Source: Pseudomonadota bacterium
Lineage (GTDB): Bacteria > Pseudomonadota > Alphaproteobacteria > Rhizobiales > Methylopilaceae
Assembly (NCBI GenBank): GCA_023430145.1
Contig: JAEZCD010000005.1
Coordinates: 3,458 to 35,457, forward strand
Direction: 5' to 3'
Length of the DNA: 32,000 nt
Every line of letters starts with the position of its first letter. Within the stretch, counting starts at the first letter, position 1. Both the position numbers and the translations under genes were made by a program. Under the pieces are notes generated by a model that was not told the origin of the DNA, ran no database searches, and worked only from the letters and a program-made list of their open reading frames with translations. This document shows positions 16,101 through 25,839 of this stretch, one piece after another.

Positions 16101-16182
16101 ATCCGGACTCCAGGACGCGCGGGGCGCAATGCTTCGAAGTAGAGCACGCAGGCAAGGTCGCGCAAGGCGATCGGGTTCCATA

Positions 16183-16710
16183 GTGGCGACAACGCTCGAC
16201 AGGATCACCGTCACCGCGCTGCCGGGTCACCCTTCGCTGGGCCGCCTCGAGGCGGGGAGCCGGGTGATTCGCTGCGCGCTCGGCCGCGGCGGCATCGGCC
16301 ATGGCAAGCGCGAGGGCGACGGCGTCACCCCGGCCGGCGTCCACCCGCTGCGGCGGCTCTGGTACCGGGACGATCGCCACCCGCGCCCGCCGACGGCGCT
16401 GCCGGTGCGCCGCATCGGCGCCCGGGACGGCTGGTGCGACGCTCCGGGCGACCGCAACTACAACCGCCACGTGCGACTGCCCTATGTCGGCTCGCACGAG
16501 GCGATGCGCCGCACCGACGGACTCTACGACCATGTGGTCGAGATCGGCTTCAACGACGCCCGCCGCGTCCAGGGCGGAGGCAGTGCGATCTTCCTGCATG
16601 TCGCGCGACCCGGCTTCCTGCCGACCGAGGGCTGCATCGCCATCGCGCCCGACGAGTTCCGAAAGCTCCTGCCGCGCCTCGGGCCGCGGACGCGCCTCGT
16701 CGTTCGCTGA
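16183..16710 (+). CDS. Small L,D-transpeptidase (YkuD) catalytic-domain family protein
   Basis: The C-terminal motif SAIFLHVARPGFLPTEGCIAI fits the YkuD His...Gly-Cys active site. The track ORF (15799) is over-extended across the divergent regulator gene. Candidate starts are GTG 16183 (~175 aa, the length I recall for homologues) or ATG 16129, and neither has a good RBS. Confidence 0.65.
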   Translation: MATTLDRITVTALPGHPSLGRLEAGSRVIRCALGRGGIGHGKREGDGVTPAGVHPLRRLWYRDDRHPRPPTALPVRRIGARDGWCDAPGDRNYNRHVRLPYVGSHEAMRRTDGLYDHVVEIGFNDARRVQGGGSAIFLHVARPGFLPTEGCIAIAPDEFRKLLPRLGPRTRLVVR

Positions 16711-16803
16711 GCCGATCGCCGCTGTCGCAGCGCAGCCGGCACCATTGCTTTCGGCGCGCCGCCGACGCAAACCTCTGCCGCTTTCCCGCCTCCGGAGACC
16801 GCC

Positions 16804-17514
16804 GTGACCCCAGCCGACATCGCCAAGCGCGCCGCCGGCGAGATGGCGCTCGACCTGCACGTGCGCTCGGGCATGCGGCTCGGCCTCGGCTCGGGCTCGA
16901 CCTCGCACCTGATGGTGCAGGCGCTCGGCGAACGGGTCCGCGCCGGCCTCGACGTGGTCGGCGTCGCCACCTCGACCAAGACCGCCGAGATCGCCCGCGC
17001 CGCCGGCGTTCGGCTGGTCGACCTCGGCGATCTCGGCGAGCTCGACCTTGCCATCGACGGCGCCGACGAGATCGATCCGCGGCTCGACATGATCAAGGGC
17101 GGCGGCGCCAGCCTGCTCTACGAGAAGATCGTCGCGCACGCCGCGCGCCGCATGGTGGCGATCGTCGACGCCTCGAAGGTGGTCGAGCGGCTCGGGCGCT
17201 ACCCGCTGCCGATCGAGGTGATCCCGTTCGGCTGGCAGTCGACGGCGCGCTCGATCGGCGCGGTGCTGGCCGGCGCCGACGTCGATGGGCAGGAGATCGC
17301 CGTCCGCGGCGGCGCCGCGTCGCCGCTGAGGACCGATGCCGGCAACTTCATCCTCGACTGCCGGCTCGGCCGCATCGGCGATCCGCGGCGGCTCGGCAGC
17401 CTGCTCAACGATCTTCCGGGCGTCGTCGAGCACGGGCTGTTCGTCGGCTATGCCGGCTCGGTCGTCGTCGGCCGGCCGGACGGATCGGCCACGGAGCTGT
17501 TCGCCTGCGGCTGA
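16804..17514 (+). CDS. rpiA: Ribose-5-phosphate isomerase A
   Basis: 236 aa, GTG start. RpiA signatures are present: LGLGSGSTS, AIDGADEID, MIKGGGASLLYEK and LPIEVIPFG. Confidence 0.9.
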   Translation: MTPADIAKRAAGEMALDLHVRSGMRLGLGSGSTSHLMVQALGERVRAGLDVVGVATSTKTAEIARAAGVRLVDLGDLGELDLAIDGADEIDPRLDMIKGGGASLLYEKIVAHAARRMVAIVDASKVVERLGRYPLPIEVIPFGWQSTARSIGAVLAGADVDGQEIAVRGGAASPLRTDAGNFILDCRLGRIGDPRRLGSLLNDLPGVVEHGLFVGYAGSVVVGRPDGSATELFACG

Positions 17515-17829
17515 AGGCCAAGCTTGCTGCACCGCGGCAAGGCTGGTAAACCCGCCGCTCGCTCACGGCGCCGGAACGCTAAGTCACTGGAGAAGCTGAC
17601 AGCTTTGCCTGACTCAGAAACCGTTTACGGATTGCGTGCAGGCTGCGGGATCGCGCACGGCACGCTCGCCGGGCGTTGTGAAGGTGTGGGCCGAAGGGTA
17701 CAGGTGCCTGGAATCCGACCGATCCGCGTGCGCTGCGGCGAGGCTCAGGCTTGCCAGGCCCGGCGAGCCGGTGTCTCGTTCGGAGCGCGAAACATTATTG
17801 TAGCCGTCTGATGTCTGCACGGGACGATC

Positions 17830-19743
17830 ATGCCGCCAGCCACTCCTCTGCTCGATACGATCCGCACGCCGGAGGAACTGCGCCGACTTCCCAAGGCTAA
17901 GCTCGCCCAGGTCGTCGATGAATTGCGCAGCGAGACGATCGACGCGGTTTCCGTGACTGGCGGACATCTCGGCGCCGGGCTCGGCGTCGTCGAGCTGACC
18001 GTCGCGTTGCATTACGTCTTCGACACGCCCCGCGACCGCGTGATCTGGGACGTCGGCCACCAGGCCTATCCGCACAAGATCCTCACCGGCCGCCGCGATC
18101 GCATCCGCACCCTGCGCCAGGGCGGCGGCCTGTCCGGCTTCACCAAGCGCTCCGAGAGCGAGTACGACCCGTTCGGCGCCGCGCACTCGTCCACCTCGAT
18201 CTCGGCCGGCCTCGGCATGTCGGTGGCGCGCGATCTTGCCGGCGGCGACAACCACGTCGTCTGCGTCATCGGCGACGGCGCCATGTCGGCCGGCATGGCC
18301 TACGAGGCGATGAACAATGCCGGCGCGCTGCGCTCGCGCCTGATCGTCATCCTCAACGACAACGAGATGTCGATCGCGCCGCCGGTCGGAGCCATGTCGG
18401 CCTATCTCGCCCGGCTCGTCTCCGGCACCGCCTACCGCACGCTGCGCGAGACGGCAAAGCAGCTCGCCAAGGGCCTGCCGCATTTCGTCTACGAGAAGGC
18501 GGCCAAGGCGGAAGAATTCGCCCGCGGCTTCCTCACCGGCGGCACGCTGTTCGAGGAGATGGGCTTCTACTATGTCGGGCCGATCGACGGCCACGACCTC
18601 GGCCACCTCCTGCCGGTGCTGCGCAACGTCCGCGACAGCGAGAACGGGCCGGTGCTGGTGCACGTCGTCACCAAGAAGGGCAAGGGCTACGCGCCGGCCG
18701 AGAAGTCGGCCGACAAATATCACGGCGTCGTGCCGTTCGACGTCATCACCGGCGACCAGGCGAAATCCAAGCCGAACGCGCCGGCCTACCAGAACGTGTT
18801 CGGCGAGAGCCTCGCTCGCCTCGCCGAGAAGGACGACCGCATCGTCGCCATCACCGCGGCGATGCCGAGCGGCACCGGCGTCGACCTGTTCGCCAAGCGG
18901 CATCCGAAGCGCTCATTCGACGTCGGCATCGCCGAGCAGCACGCGGTGACCTTCGCGGCCGGCATGGCGACCGAGGGCTACAAGCCGTTCTGCGCCATCT
19001 ATTCCACCTTCCTGCAGCGCGCCTACGACCAGGTCGTGCACGACGTGGCGCTGCAGAACCTGCCGGTCCGCTTCGCCATCGACCGCTGCGGGCTCGTCGG
19101 CGCCGACGGCGCCACGCATGCCGGCTCGTTCGACGTCACCTATCTGGCCTGTCTGCCGAACATGGTCGTCATGGCCGCGGCGGACGAGGCCGAACTCGTG
19201 CACATGGTGGCGACCGCGGCGGCGCACGATTCCGGGCCGATCGCCTTCCGCTATCCGCGCGGCGAGGGCGTCGGCATCGACCTGCCGGAGATCGGCACCC
19301 CGCTCGAGATCGGCAAGGGCCGCGTCATCCGCGAGGGCAAGCGCGTCGCCCTGCTGTCGCTCGGCACGCGCCTCGCGGAGGCGCTGAAGGCCGCCGACGA
19401 GCTGGATTCGCGCGGCCTGTCGACGACGGTCGCCGATGCGCGCTTCGCAAAGCCGCTCGACGAGGAGCTGATCGGCAAGCTCGCCGCCGAGCACGAGGTG
19501 CTGATCACGCTCGAGGAGGGATCGGTCGGCGGCTTCGGCAGCCACGTGCTGCAGCTTCTTTCCGAGCGCGGCGCGCTCGGGCGCGGCCTGCAGGTGCGCG
19601 CGATGGTGCTGCCGGACGAGTACCTCGATCACGACAAGCCGCAGAAGATGTACGCGAGCGCCGCACTCGATGCGGCGGCGATCGTCGCGAAAGTCTTCTC
19701 GGTGCTGGAGCACGAGGCGCGGCCGATGCAGGGGCGCGCCTGA
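17830..19743 (+). CDS. dxs: 1-deoxy-D-xylulose-5-phosphate synthase
   Basis: 637 aa with [37 protein letters not shown], the ThDP motif [19 protein letters not shown]...LNDN, and [15 protein letters not shown]. Confidence 0.95.
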   Translation: MPPATPLLDTIRTPEELRRLPKAKLAQVVDELRSETIDAVSVTGGHLGAGLGVVELTVALHYVFDTPRDRVIWDVGHQAYPHKILTGRRDRIRTLRQGGGLSGFTKRSESEYDPFGAAHSSTSISAGLGMSVARDLAGGDNHVVCVIGDGAMSAGMAYEAMNNAGALRSRLIVILNDNEMSIAPPVGAMSAYLARLVSGTAYRTLRETAKQLAKGLPHFVYEKAAKAEEFARGFLTGGTLFEEMGFYYVGPIDGHDLGHLLPVLRNVRDSENGPVLVHVVTKKGKGYAPAEKSADKYHGVVPFDVITGDQAKSKPNAPAYQNVFGESLARLAEKDDRIVAITAAMPSGTGVDLFAKRHPKRSFDVGIAEQHAVTFAAGMATEGYKPFCAIYSTFLQRAYDQVVHDVALQNLPVRFAIDRCGLVGADGATHAGSFDVTYLACLPNMVVMAAADEAELVHMVATAAAHDSGPIAFRYPRGEGVGIDLPEIGTPLEIGKGRVIREGKRVALLSLGTRLAEALKAADELDSRGLSTTVADARFAKPLDEELIGKLAAEHEVLITLEEGSVGGFGSHVLQLLSERGALGRGLQVRAMVLPDEYLDHDKPQKMYASAALDAAAIVAKVFSVLEHEARPMQGRA

Positions 19744-19769
19744 CGGGTCGCTGTCGACCTAGCCGACCG

Positions 19770-19803
19770 GGCGGCGCCGCGGCAACGAGAGCGGCGCGCC
19801 GCC
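19770..19803 (+). terminator. GC hairpin downstream of dxs (ggcggcgccgc ... gcggcgcgccgcc, one bulge), no U-tract
   Basis: It begins 27 nt after the dxs stop. Terminator function is inferred only, and hairpins of this kind are common in GC-rich DNA. Confidence 0.25.
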
Positions 19804-19881
19804 GAGGATGGACCTATTGAAGAACGCACGCGCTCCCCTGAGCCTGCCGCGGCTCGGTGCCGGGCGATACACGGCCGCGAC

Positions 19882-20766
19882 ATGACCACCGCCGCCGAGG
19901 CCCGCTCCGGAAAATCGCACCGCGACGAGAACTTTCCGGTCGCCTCCCGCCTCATCCGGCCGGAGCACCGGGCGCCGATTCTCGCCTTCTACGATTTCGT
20001 CCGCGCCGCCGACGACGTCGCCGATCACGCCACGCTGCCGCCGGCGGAGAAGCTCGCTCTGCTCGACGGGCTCGAGGCGGCGCTGCTCGGCTCCGGCCCG
20101 CCCGATCCGGCGGCCGAGCCGCTGCGCCGGCAGCTCGCCGCGCGGAAGCTCTCGCCCAAGCATGCGCAGGACCTGCTCGACGCCTTCCGCCTCGACGTGC
20201 GCAAGAACCGCTATGCCGACTGGGCCGAGCTGATCCACTACTGCTCGCTGTCGGCGATGCCGGTCGGCCGCTTCGTGCTCGACGTGCACGGCGAATCCCG
20301 CGAGCGCACCTGGCCGACCTCGGACGCGATCTGCGCGGCGCTGCAGATCATCAACCACCTCCAGGACTGCGGTAAGGATTTTCGCAACCTCGACCGCGTA
20401 TACCTGCCACTCGACACGCTCGCCGAGCACGGGGCGCGCGTCGAGGACCTCGGGGCCACGAAGGCGACGCCGGCGCTGAAGGCGGCGATCGCCGCCCTGG
20501 CGGTACGCACGCAGGGCCTGCTCGAGGAGGGAAAGCCGTTGCCGCGGCAGATCGCCTACACCCGGCTCGCGCTCGAGATCGCCGCCATCGTCGGCCTTGC
20601 CGGCACGCTCGTCGCCGGGCTGCGCACGCGCGATCCGCTCAGCGAGAAGGTGCACTTCAGCAAGGCCGGCTTTCTCGCTACCGGGCTCGCCGCCGCGGTC
20701 GGCACGCTGGCGCGGCGCCTCCTCGCCAAGCCGCACCCGGCTGCTCAGCCGGCCCGGAGCCGCTGA
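19882..20766 (+). CDS. hpnC: Squalene synthase HpnC (converts presqualene diphosphate to hydroxysqualene); squalene/phytoene synthase family
   Basis: 294 aa with ENFPVASRLI, FYDFVRAADDVADH and INHLQDCGKDFRNLDRVYLP (the second Asp-rich motif is degenerate). It is the first gene of an hpnC-hpnD-hpnE-shc order. Confidence 0.85.
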   Translation: MTTAAEARSGKSHRDENFPVASRLIRPEHRAPILAFYDFVRAADDVADHATLPPAEKLALLDGLEAALLGSGPPDPAAEPLRRQLAARKLSPKHAQDLLDAFRLDVRKNRYADWAELIHYCSLSAMPVGRFVLDVHGESRERTWPTSDAICAALQIINHLQDCGKDFRNLDRVYLPLDTLAEHGARVEDLGATKATPALKAAIAALAVRTQGLLEEGKPLPRQIAYTRLALEIAAIVGLAGTLVAGLRTRDPLSEKVHFSKAGFLATGLAAAVGTLARRLLAKPHPAAQPARSR

Positions 20767-21602
20767 TGGCGGCGGCAGCGGATGTGGCGCCGGCCCAGCC
20801 GGCGGCCGGCAGTTCGTTCTATCTGGCGATGCGCATCCTGCCGCGCGAGCAGCGCGAGGGCATGTATGCCGTCTACGCCTTCTGCCGCGCGGTCGACGAT
20901 ATCGCCGACGACGGCACCATTCCTCGTGCGGAACGTTTTGTCGCGCTCGATCGCTGGCGCGAGAGCATCGATGCCATGATAGACATGCAAAAGCCGGTCC
21001 CCGTTGCCGGTCTTGCCGAAACGACGCGCCGCTTCGGTCTGAAGCGACGAGATTTCCACGCCGTGATCGACGGAATGGCAATGGACGTGACCGCCGACCT
21101 GCGGGCGCCCGATTGGGCGACGCTCGACCTCTATTGCGATCGCGTCGCAAGCGCGGTCGGGCGCCTGTCGAACCGCATCTTCGGCCTCGTGCCGCCCGAT
21201 GACGAGCTTCTGGCGCACCATCTCGGCCGCGCGCTGCAGCTGACCAACATTCTCCGCGACCTCGACGAGGACGCAGGCATCGGCCGGCTCTATCTGCCGC
21301 GCGAGGAGCTCGGCAAGGCCGGCATCCCGGAGGATGCGCCGCTCGCCGAGGTCTTGGCACATCCGGGCCTCGACAGAGCCTGCCGCGCCGTCGCCGAGCG
21401 CGCCAAAAGCCATTTCGTCGAGGCCGACCGGGTGATGGACCGCTGCCGCCGCGCCGCGGTGCGGGCGCCGCGGCTGATGGGCGCCGCCTACCGCTCGATC
21501 CTCGATCGCCTCCTGGAGCGCGGTTGGGCGCCGCCACGGAGCCGCGTCGGCACGAGCAAGCTGCGGCTGATCCCGGCTCTGCTGCGCTACGGGATCGCCT
21601 GA
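20766..21602 (+). CDS. hpnD: Presqualene diphosphate synthase HpnD
   Basis: 278 aa with both Asp-rich motifs intact (YAFCRAVDDIADD and NILRDLDEDAGIGRLYLP). The start overlaps the hpnC stop (TGATG). Confidence 0.85.
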   Translation: MAAAADVAPAQPAAGSSFYLAMRILPREQREGMYAVYAFCRAVDDIADDGTIPRAERFVALDRWRESIDAMIDMQKPVPVAGLAETTRRFGLKRRDFHAVIDGMAMDVTADLRAPDWATLDLYCDRVASAVGRLSNRIFGLVPPDDELLAHHLGRALQLTNILRDLDEDAGIGRLYLPREELGKAGIPEDAPLAEVLAHPGLDRACRAVAERAKSHFVEADRVMDRCRRAAVRAPRLMGAAYRSILDRLLERGWAPPRSRVGTSKLRLIPALLRYGIA

Positions 21603-22876
21603 TGGCCGGCCAGGTACACGTGATCGGCGCCGGTCTCGCCGGCCTGTCGGCTGCCGTCGATCTCGCCGAGGCCGGCTGGCGGGTGACGGTGCACGAGGCG
21701 GCCAAGTTCGCCGGCGGCCGCTGCCGCTCCTTCTACGACTCGACGATCGGCCTCGTCGTCGACAATGGCAGCCATCTCCTCCTGTCCGGCAACCGCTGCG
21801 CGATGGATTACCTCGAGCGCACCGGCGGCCTGTCGGCGATGAGCGGCACCGAGCATGCCGAGATCCCGTTCGCCGACCTCGCCACCGGCGAGCGCTGGAC
21901 GCTCAGGCCCAACTCGAGCCGGGTGCCGTGGTGGATCTTCGACACCAAGCGCCGCGTTCCGGGCTCGCGCGCCCGCGACTATCTCGCGCCGGTGAATCTC
22001 CTGCGCGCGCTGCCCTCGGCCGGGCGCATCGGCGACGTCATGGACGTCAAGGCGCCGCTCTACCATCGGCTCTGGCGGCCGGTGCTGCTGGCGGCGCTGA
22101 ACACCGAGCCTAGCGAAGCCGACGCGCGCATGGCCACGCAGGTCTTCTGGGAGACGTTCGGCGCCGGCGGCAAGGCCTGCCGGCCGCTGATCGCGCTGTC
22201 GGGCCTGTCCTCCGCCTTCGTCGACCCGGCGCTCGCCCACCTCGCGCGGCTCGGCACCGAGTTCCGCTATGCGCATGTGCTGCGCGGCCTTTCGATCGAG
22301 GACGGCCGCGTCGCCGGGCTCGAGTTCGGCGAGGACCGGATCGCGCTCGCGCCGGACGACCGCGTGATCATGGCGGTGCCGGCGGTGGTCGCGCGCGCCT
22401 TCGTGCCGGGCGTCACGGTGCCGGAGAAGAGCCACGCCATCATCAGCGTGCATTTCCGCATCGCGCCGCCGCCCGGGCAGCCGATGTTCCTCGGCGTCGT
22501 CAACGGCATCACCGAGTGGCTGTTCGCCTATCGCGATCACCTCTCGGTAACCATCAGCCATGCCGACCGGCTGCTCGATCATCCCCGCCAGGCGCTGGCC
22601 GAGCGGGTCTGGGCCGAGGTTTCGGCGCTCACCGGGCTTGCGGCGGAGCTTCCGGCTTGGCAAATCAATCGCGAGCGGCGGGCGACCTTCGCCGCCACGC
22701 CGACCGAGGCCGCCAAGCGGCCGGGCGTCCGCACCGGCCTCGAGAACCTGTTTCTCGCCGGCGACTGGACGGCGACCGGCCTGCCGGCCTCGATGGAAGG
22801 CGCAGTCCGCTCCGGTTATGCGGCCGCGACCGCGGTCCGGAGCGCCGAACAGCGGCCCACGAGCCGGGCCGCATGA
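21602..22876 (+). CDS. hpnE: FAD-dependent hydroxysqualene dehydroxylase HpnE (amine-oxidase fold)
   Basis: ORF 21524 trimmed to the ATG at 21602, which overlaps the hpnD stop (TGATG). It has the N-terminal dinucleotide fold VHVIGAGLAGLSAAVDLAEAG...HEA...GGR and the C-terminal LFLAGDWT. Confidence 0.85.
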   Translation: MAGQVHVIGAGLAGLSAAVDLAEAGWRVTVHEAAKFAGGRCRSFYDSTIGLVVDNGSHLLLSGNRCAMDYLERTGGLSAMSGTEHAEIPFADLATGERWTLRPNSSRVPWWIFDTKRRVPGSRARDYLAPVNLLRALPSAGRIGDVMDVKAPLYHRLWRPVLLAALNTEPSEADARMATQVFWETFGAGGKACRPLIALSGLSSAFVDPALAHLARLGTEFRYAHVLRGLSIEDGRVAGLEFGEDRIALAPDDRVIMAVPAVVARAFVPGVTVPEKSHAIISVHFRIAPPPGQPMFLGVVNGITEWLFAYRDHLSVTISHADRLLDHPRQALAERVWAEVSALTGLAAELPAWQINRERRATFAATPTEAAKRPGVRTGLENLFLAGDWTATGLPASMEGAVRSGYAAATAVRSAEQRPTSRAA

Positions 22877-22886
22877 GGACGGGATA

Positions 22887-24863
22887 TTGATCGTAGACCT
22901 CGCGACAGCTTCCGAGCGCCACCGCCTCGACGACGTCGAGCGCCGGATCGGCGCGGCGACGAAGGCGCTGCTCGGCCTGCAGCGCAATGACGGCCACTGG
23001 TGCTTCGAGCTCGAGGCCGACGCCACCATCCCGGCCGAGTACATCCTGTTGCGGCACTTCCGCGGCGAGCCGGTGGATGCCGAGCTCGAGCGCAAGATCG
23101 CCGTCTACCTGCGCCGCATCCAGGGCGAGCACGGCGGCTGGCCGCTGTTCCACGCCGGCGCCTTCGACATGAGCGCCAGCGTCAAAGCCTATTTCGCGCT
23201 GAAGATGATCGGCGACGATCCCGGCGCGCCGCACATGTGCCGGGCGCGCGACGCGATGCTGGAGCGCGGCGGCGCGGCCAAGAGCAATGTCTTCACGCGC
23301 GCTCTCCTCGCCCTTTATGGCGAGGTGCCGTGGCGGGCGGTCCCGACCATGCCGGTCGAGATCATGCTCCTGCCGCAGTGGTTCCCGTTCCACCTGACCA
23401 AGATCTCGTACTGGGCGCGCACCGTGCTGGTGCCGCTCCTGGTGCTGATGGCCCTGAAGCCGCAGGCGAGGAACCCGCGCGGCATCGGCGTCCGCGAGCT
23501 GTTCACGGTGTCGCCCGAGGAAGTGAAGCGCTGGCCCGGCGGTCCGCACCAGAAGGCGCCGTGGGCGCAGATCTTTCGCGGCACGGACGTCGTGCTGAAG
23601 CGGACCGAGCGCTTCTTCCCGCTTTCCTCGCGCAAGCGCGCCATCGAGAAGGCGGTCGCCTTCGTCGACGAGCGGCTGAACGGCCGCGACGGCCTCGGCG
23701 CGATCTATCCGGCGATGGCCAACACGGTGCTGATGTACGACGCCATCGGCGTCGCGCCGGACGATCCGCGGCTCGTCACCGCGCGTGCGGCGCTCGATGA
23801 CCTTTTGGTGGTCGGCGAGGAAGAGGCTTATTGCCAGCCCTGCCTGTCGCCGGTGTGGGACACCGCGCTCGCCGCGCATGCGCTGCTCGAGGTCGGCTCG
23901 CCGGAGGCCGAACGGCGCGCCGTGGACGCGCTCGCCTGGCTGAAGCCGCGCCAGGTGCTCGACGTCAAGGGCGACTGGGCGGTGCAGAAGCCGAACGTGC
24001 GGCCGGGCGGCTGGGCGTTCCAGTACAACAACGCCCACTATCCCGACCTCGACGACACCGCCGTCGTCGTCATGGCCATGGACCGCGCGCAGGCGAAACT
24101 CTCGCCGGCGGCGGCGGCCGAGTACGACATGCCGATCGCCCGCGGCCGCGAATGGATCGACGGCCTGCAGAGCCGCAACGGCGGCTGGGGCGCCTTCGAC
24201 GCCGACAACACGTATAGCTATCTCAACCACATCCCGTTCGCCGACCACGGCGCGCTGCTCGACCCGCCGACCGCCGACCTCACGGCGCGCTGCGTGTCGA
24301 TGCTGGCCCAGCTCGGCGAGACGCCGGAGACCTCCAGGGAGCTGGCGCGCGGCGTCCAGCACCTGATCGCCGACCAGGAGGAGGACGGCAGCTGGTTCGG
24401 CCGCTGGGGCATGAACTACATCTACGGCACCTGGTCGGCGCTCTGCGCGCTGAACGCGGCCGGCGTCGATCCGCAGTCCGACACGATGCGCAAGGCGGTC
24501 GACTGGCTCTTGCGCATCCAGAACCCGGACGGCGGCTGGGGCGAGGCCGGCGACAGCTACAAGCTCGACTATGCGGGATACGAGCCCTCGCCGAGCACCG
24601 CCTCGCAGACCGCCTGGGCACTGCTCGGCCTGATGGCGGCCGGCGAGACGGACAATCCGGCGGTGGCGCGCGGCATCTCCTATTTGTCGCGCACGCAGGG
24701 GCAGGACGGGCTGTGGCCGGAGGAGTACTTCACCGCCACCGGGTTCCCGCGCGTGTTCTACCTGCGCTACCACGGCTACCCGAAATTCTTCCCGCTCTGG
24801 GCGCTCGCCCGCTATCGGAACCTCAAGCAGGGCAACAGCCGCCAGGTCGCCTTCGGCATGTGA
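22887..24863 (+). CDS. shc: Squalene-hopene cyclase
   Basis: The track ORF (22560) overlaps hpnE by over 300 nt in another frame. The only in-frame start codon I found between the hpnE stop and the conserved N-terminal block is TTG 22887, with GAGGA 7 nt upstream and 10 nt after the hpnE stop. That gives 658 aa. Features present are DGHWCFELEADATIPAEYILL, the catalytic DxDD (YPDLDDTAVV), and repeated QW-type motifs (QNPDGGWGE, QGQDGLWPE). Confidence 0.9.
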   Translation: MIVDLATASERHRLDDVERRIGAATKALLGLQRNDGHWCFELEADATIPAEYILLRHFRGEPVDAELERKIAVYLRRIQGEHGGWPLFHAGAFDMSASVKAYFALKMIGDDPGAPHMCRARDAMLERGGAAKSNVFTRALLALYGEVPWRAVPTMPVEIMLLPQWFPFHLTKISYWARTVLVPLLVLMALKPQARNPRGIGVRELFTVSPEEVKRWPGGPHQKAPWAQIFRGTDVVLKRTERFFPLSSRKRAIEKAVAFVDERLNGRDGLGAIYPAMANTVLMYDAIGVAPDDPRLVTARAALDDLLVVGEEEAYCQPCLSPVWDTALAAHALLEVGSPEAERRAVDALAWLKPRQVLDVKGDWAVQKPNVRPGGWAFQYNNAHYPDLDDTAVVVMAMDRAQAKLSPAAAAEYDMPIARGREWIDGLQSRNGGWGAFDADNTYSYLNHIPFADHGALLDPPTADLTARCVSMLAQLGETPETSRELARGVQHLIADQEEDGSWFGRWGMNYIYGTWSALCALNAAGVDPQSDTMRKAVDWLLRIQNPDGGWGEAGDSYKLDYAGYEPSPSTASQTAWALLGLMAAGETDNPAVARGISYLSRTQGQDGLWPEEYFTATGFPRVFYLRYHGYPKFFPLWALARYRNLKQGNSRQVAFGM

Positions 24864-25011
24864 AGAAGGCATAGCCCGACGGGCGAGCGCGTCATCCCGT
24901 CGCAGCGTGGCCCAGTAGGAAAGCCCTGCCTCCGTCGCCTGCCCGCCGTGCCGCGGCCATGCTTTCGCCCAGCATGGCCTGCAACCATCGCGACACAGGG
25001 GGAGTCGCGGC

Positions 25012-25839
25012 TTGGTCGCTTCGGGGGCGCTGCTGATCGGCTGGGCGGGCTTCGTGCTCGCGGCGGGAGCGGCCGCACCCACTGCAGATTGCCGTCCGGC
25101 CATCGCCGAGCGGGCGCTCGTCGCCGATGCCAGCGCCGGCGACCGCCTGCGTCTCGCCGACGGCCGTGAGATCCGCCTTCCGGCCCTGCTCGCCCCGGCC
25201 CCGTCGCTCACGCCCCGGGCCGAGGAGGCGGTGCGGGTCGAGGCGGCGCGCGCGGCCCTGCACAGGCTGGTCGCCGGCAAGACGGTCGGCATCAGCCCGA
25301 TCGCGCGAAAGTCCGACCGGCACGGCCGCCTGCTCGCTCATGTCGCGCTCGAGGGGAGCGACGACCCTTTCTCCCTCGAAACGACCCTGTTGCGCGAAGG
25401 ACACGCCCGGGTCGCGGCAGCGCACGACCGACGGCAGTGCCTCGGGCCGCTGCTCGCGGCGGAGTCATCGGCGCGCGAACGAATCCTTGGCCTGTGGGGC
25501 GATCCGTACTATGCCGTGAGGAGGGCCGACGATGCTTCTTCGATGAACGATCTCGCGGGCGCCTACCTCGTCGCCGAGGGCCGGGTGGCAAGCGTGCGGG
25601 CGTCTGGAGCGCAGGTCTATCTGAACTTCGCCCGGCGCTGGCGTGACGGCCTTTCGGTCACGATCTGGAAACCATACGCGGCGAGATTCGAGGGAGGGGA
25701 GGACGGGCTGCGCCGGCTCGAGGGCGCGCGCGTCCGTGTGCGGGGTTGGCTGTCTTCGGATGGCAGGCTGCTGATCGCGGCGAGCTATCCGGAACAGATC
25801 GAGCGGCTGGCGGGGGAAGCGCCGCGACGGCAGGACTGA
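25012..25839 (+). CDS. Secreted staphylococcal-nuclease-fold (thermonuclease family) protein with a C-terminal extension; catalytic residues appear substituted
   Basis: 275 aa, TTG start with GGGGGAG 8 nt upstream. It has a hydrophobic N-terminal signal-like segment. SNase blocks align by eye (GDRLRL, IRLPALLAPA, DRHGRLLAHV, LLREGHARV, ERILGLWGD), but the usual RL.GIDAPE motif is replaced by RLPALLAPA. Confidence 0.65.
   Translation: MVASGALLIGWAGFVLAAGAAAPTADCRPAIAERALVADASAGDRLRLADGREIRLPALLAPAPSLTPRAEEAVRVEAARAALHRLVAGKTVGISPIARKSDRHGRLLAHVALEGSDDPFSLETTLLREGHARVAAAHDRRQCLGPLLAAESSARERILGLWGDPYYAVRRADDASSMNDLAGAYLVAEGRVASVRASGAQVYLNFARRWRDGLSVTIWKPYAARFEGGEDGLRRLEGARVRVRGWLSSDGRLLIAASYPEQIERLAGEAPRRQD

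Noticed and set aside
17515-17829. Possible TPP riboswitch upstream of the ThDP-dependent dxs
   Set aside because: I found no THI-box core (CUGAGA) and no complementary ACCUGAUC...UAAU...GCG segments on the sense strand. A CTGAGT on the antisense strand is in the wrong orientation. A covariance-model scan would be needed to be definitive.
16063-25292. Long minus-strand ORFs 16063..17532, 17614..18903, 18913..19713, 19759..21705, 21587..23095 and 22665..25292
   Set aside because: They are antisense to rpiA, dxs, hpnC/D/E and shc, which have clear family signatures on the plus strand. They have the same low-complexity composition and no RBS/start context.
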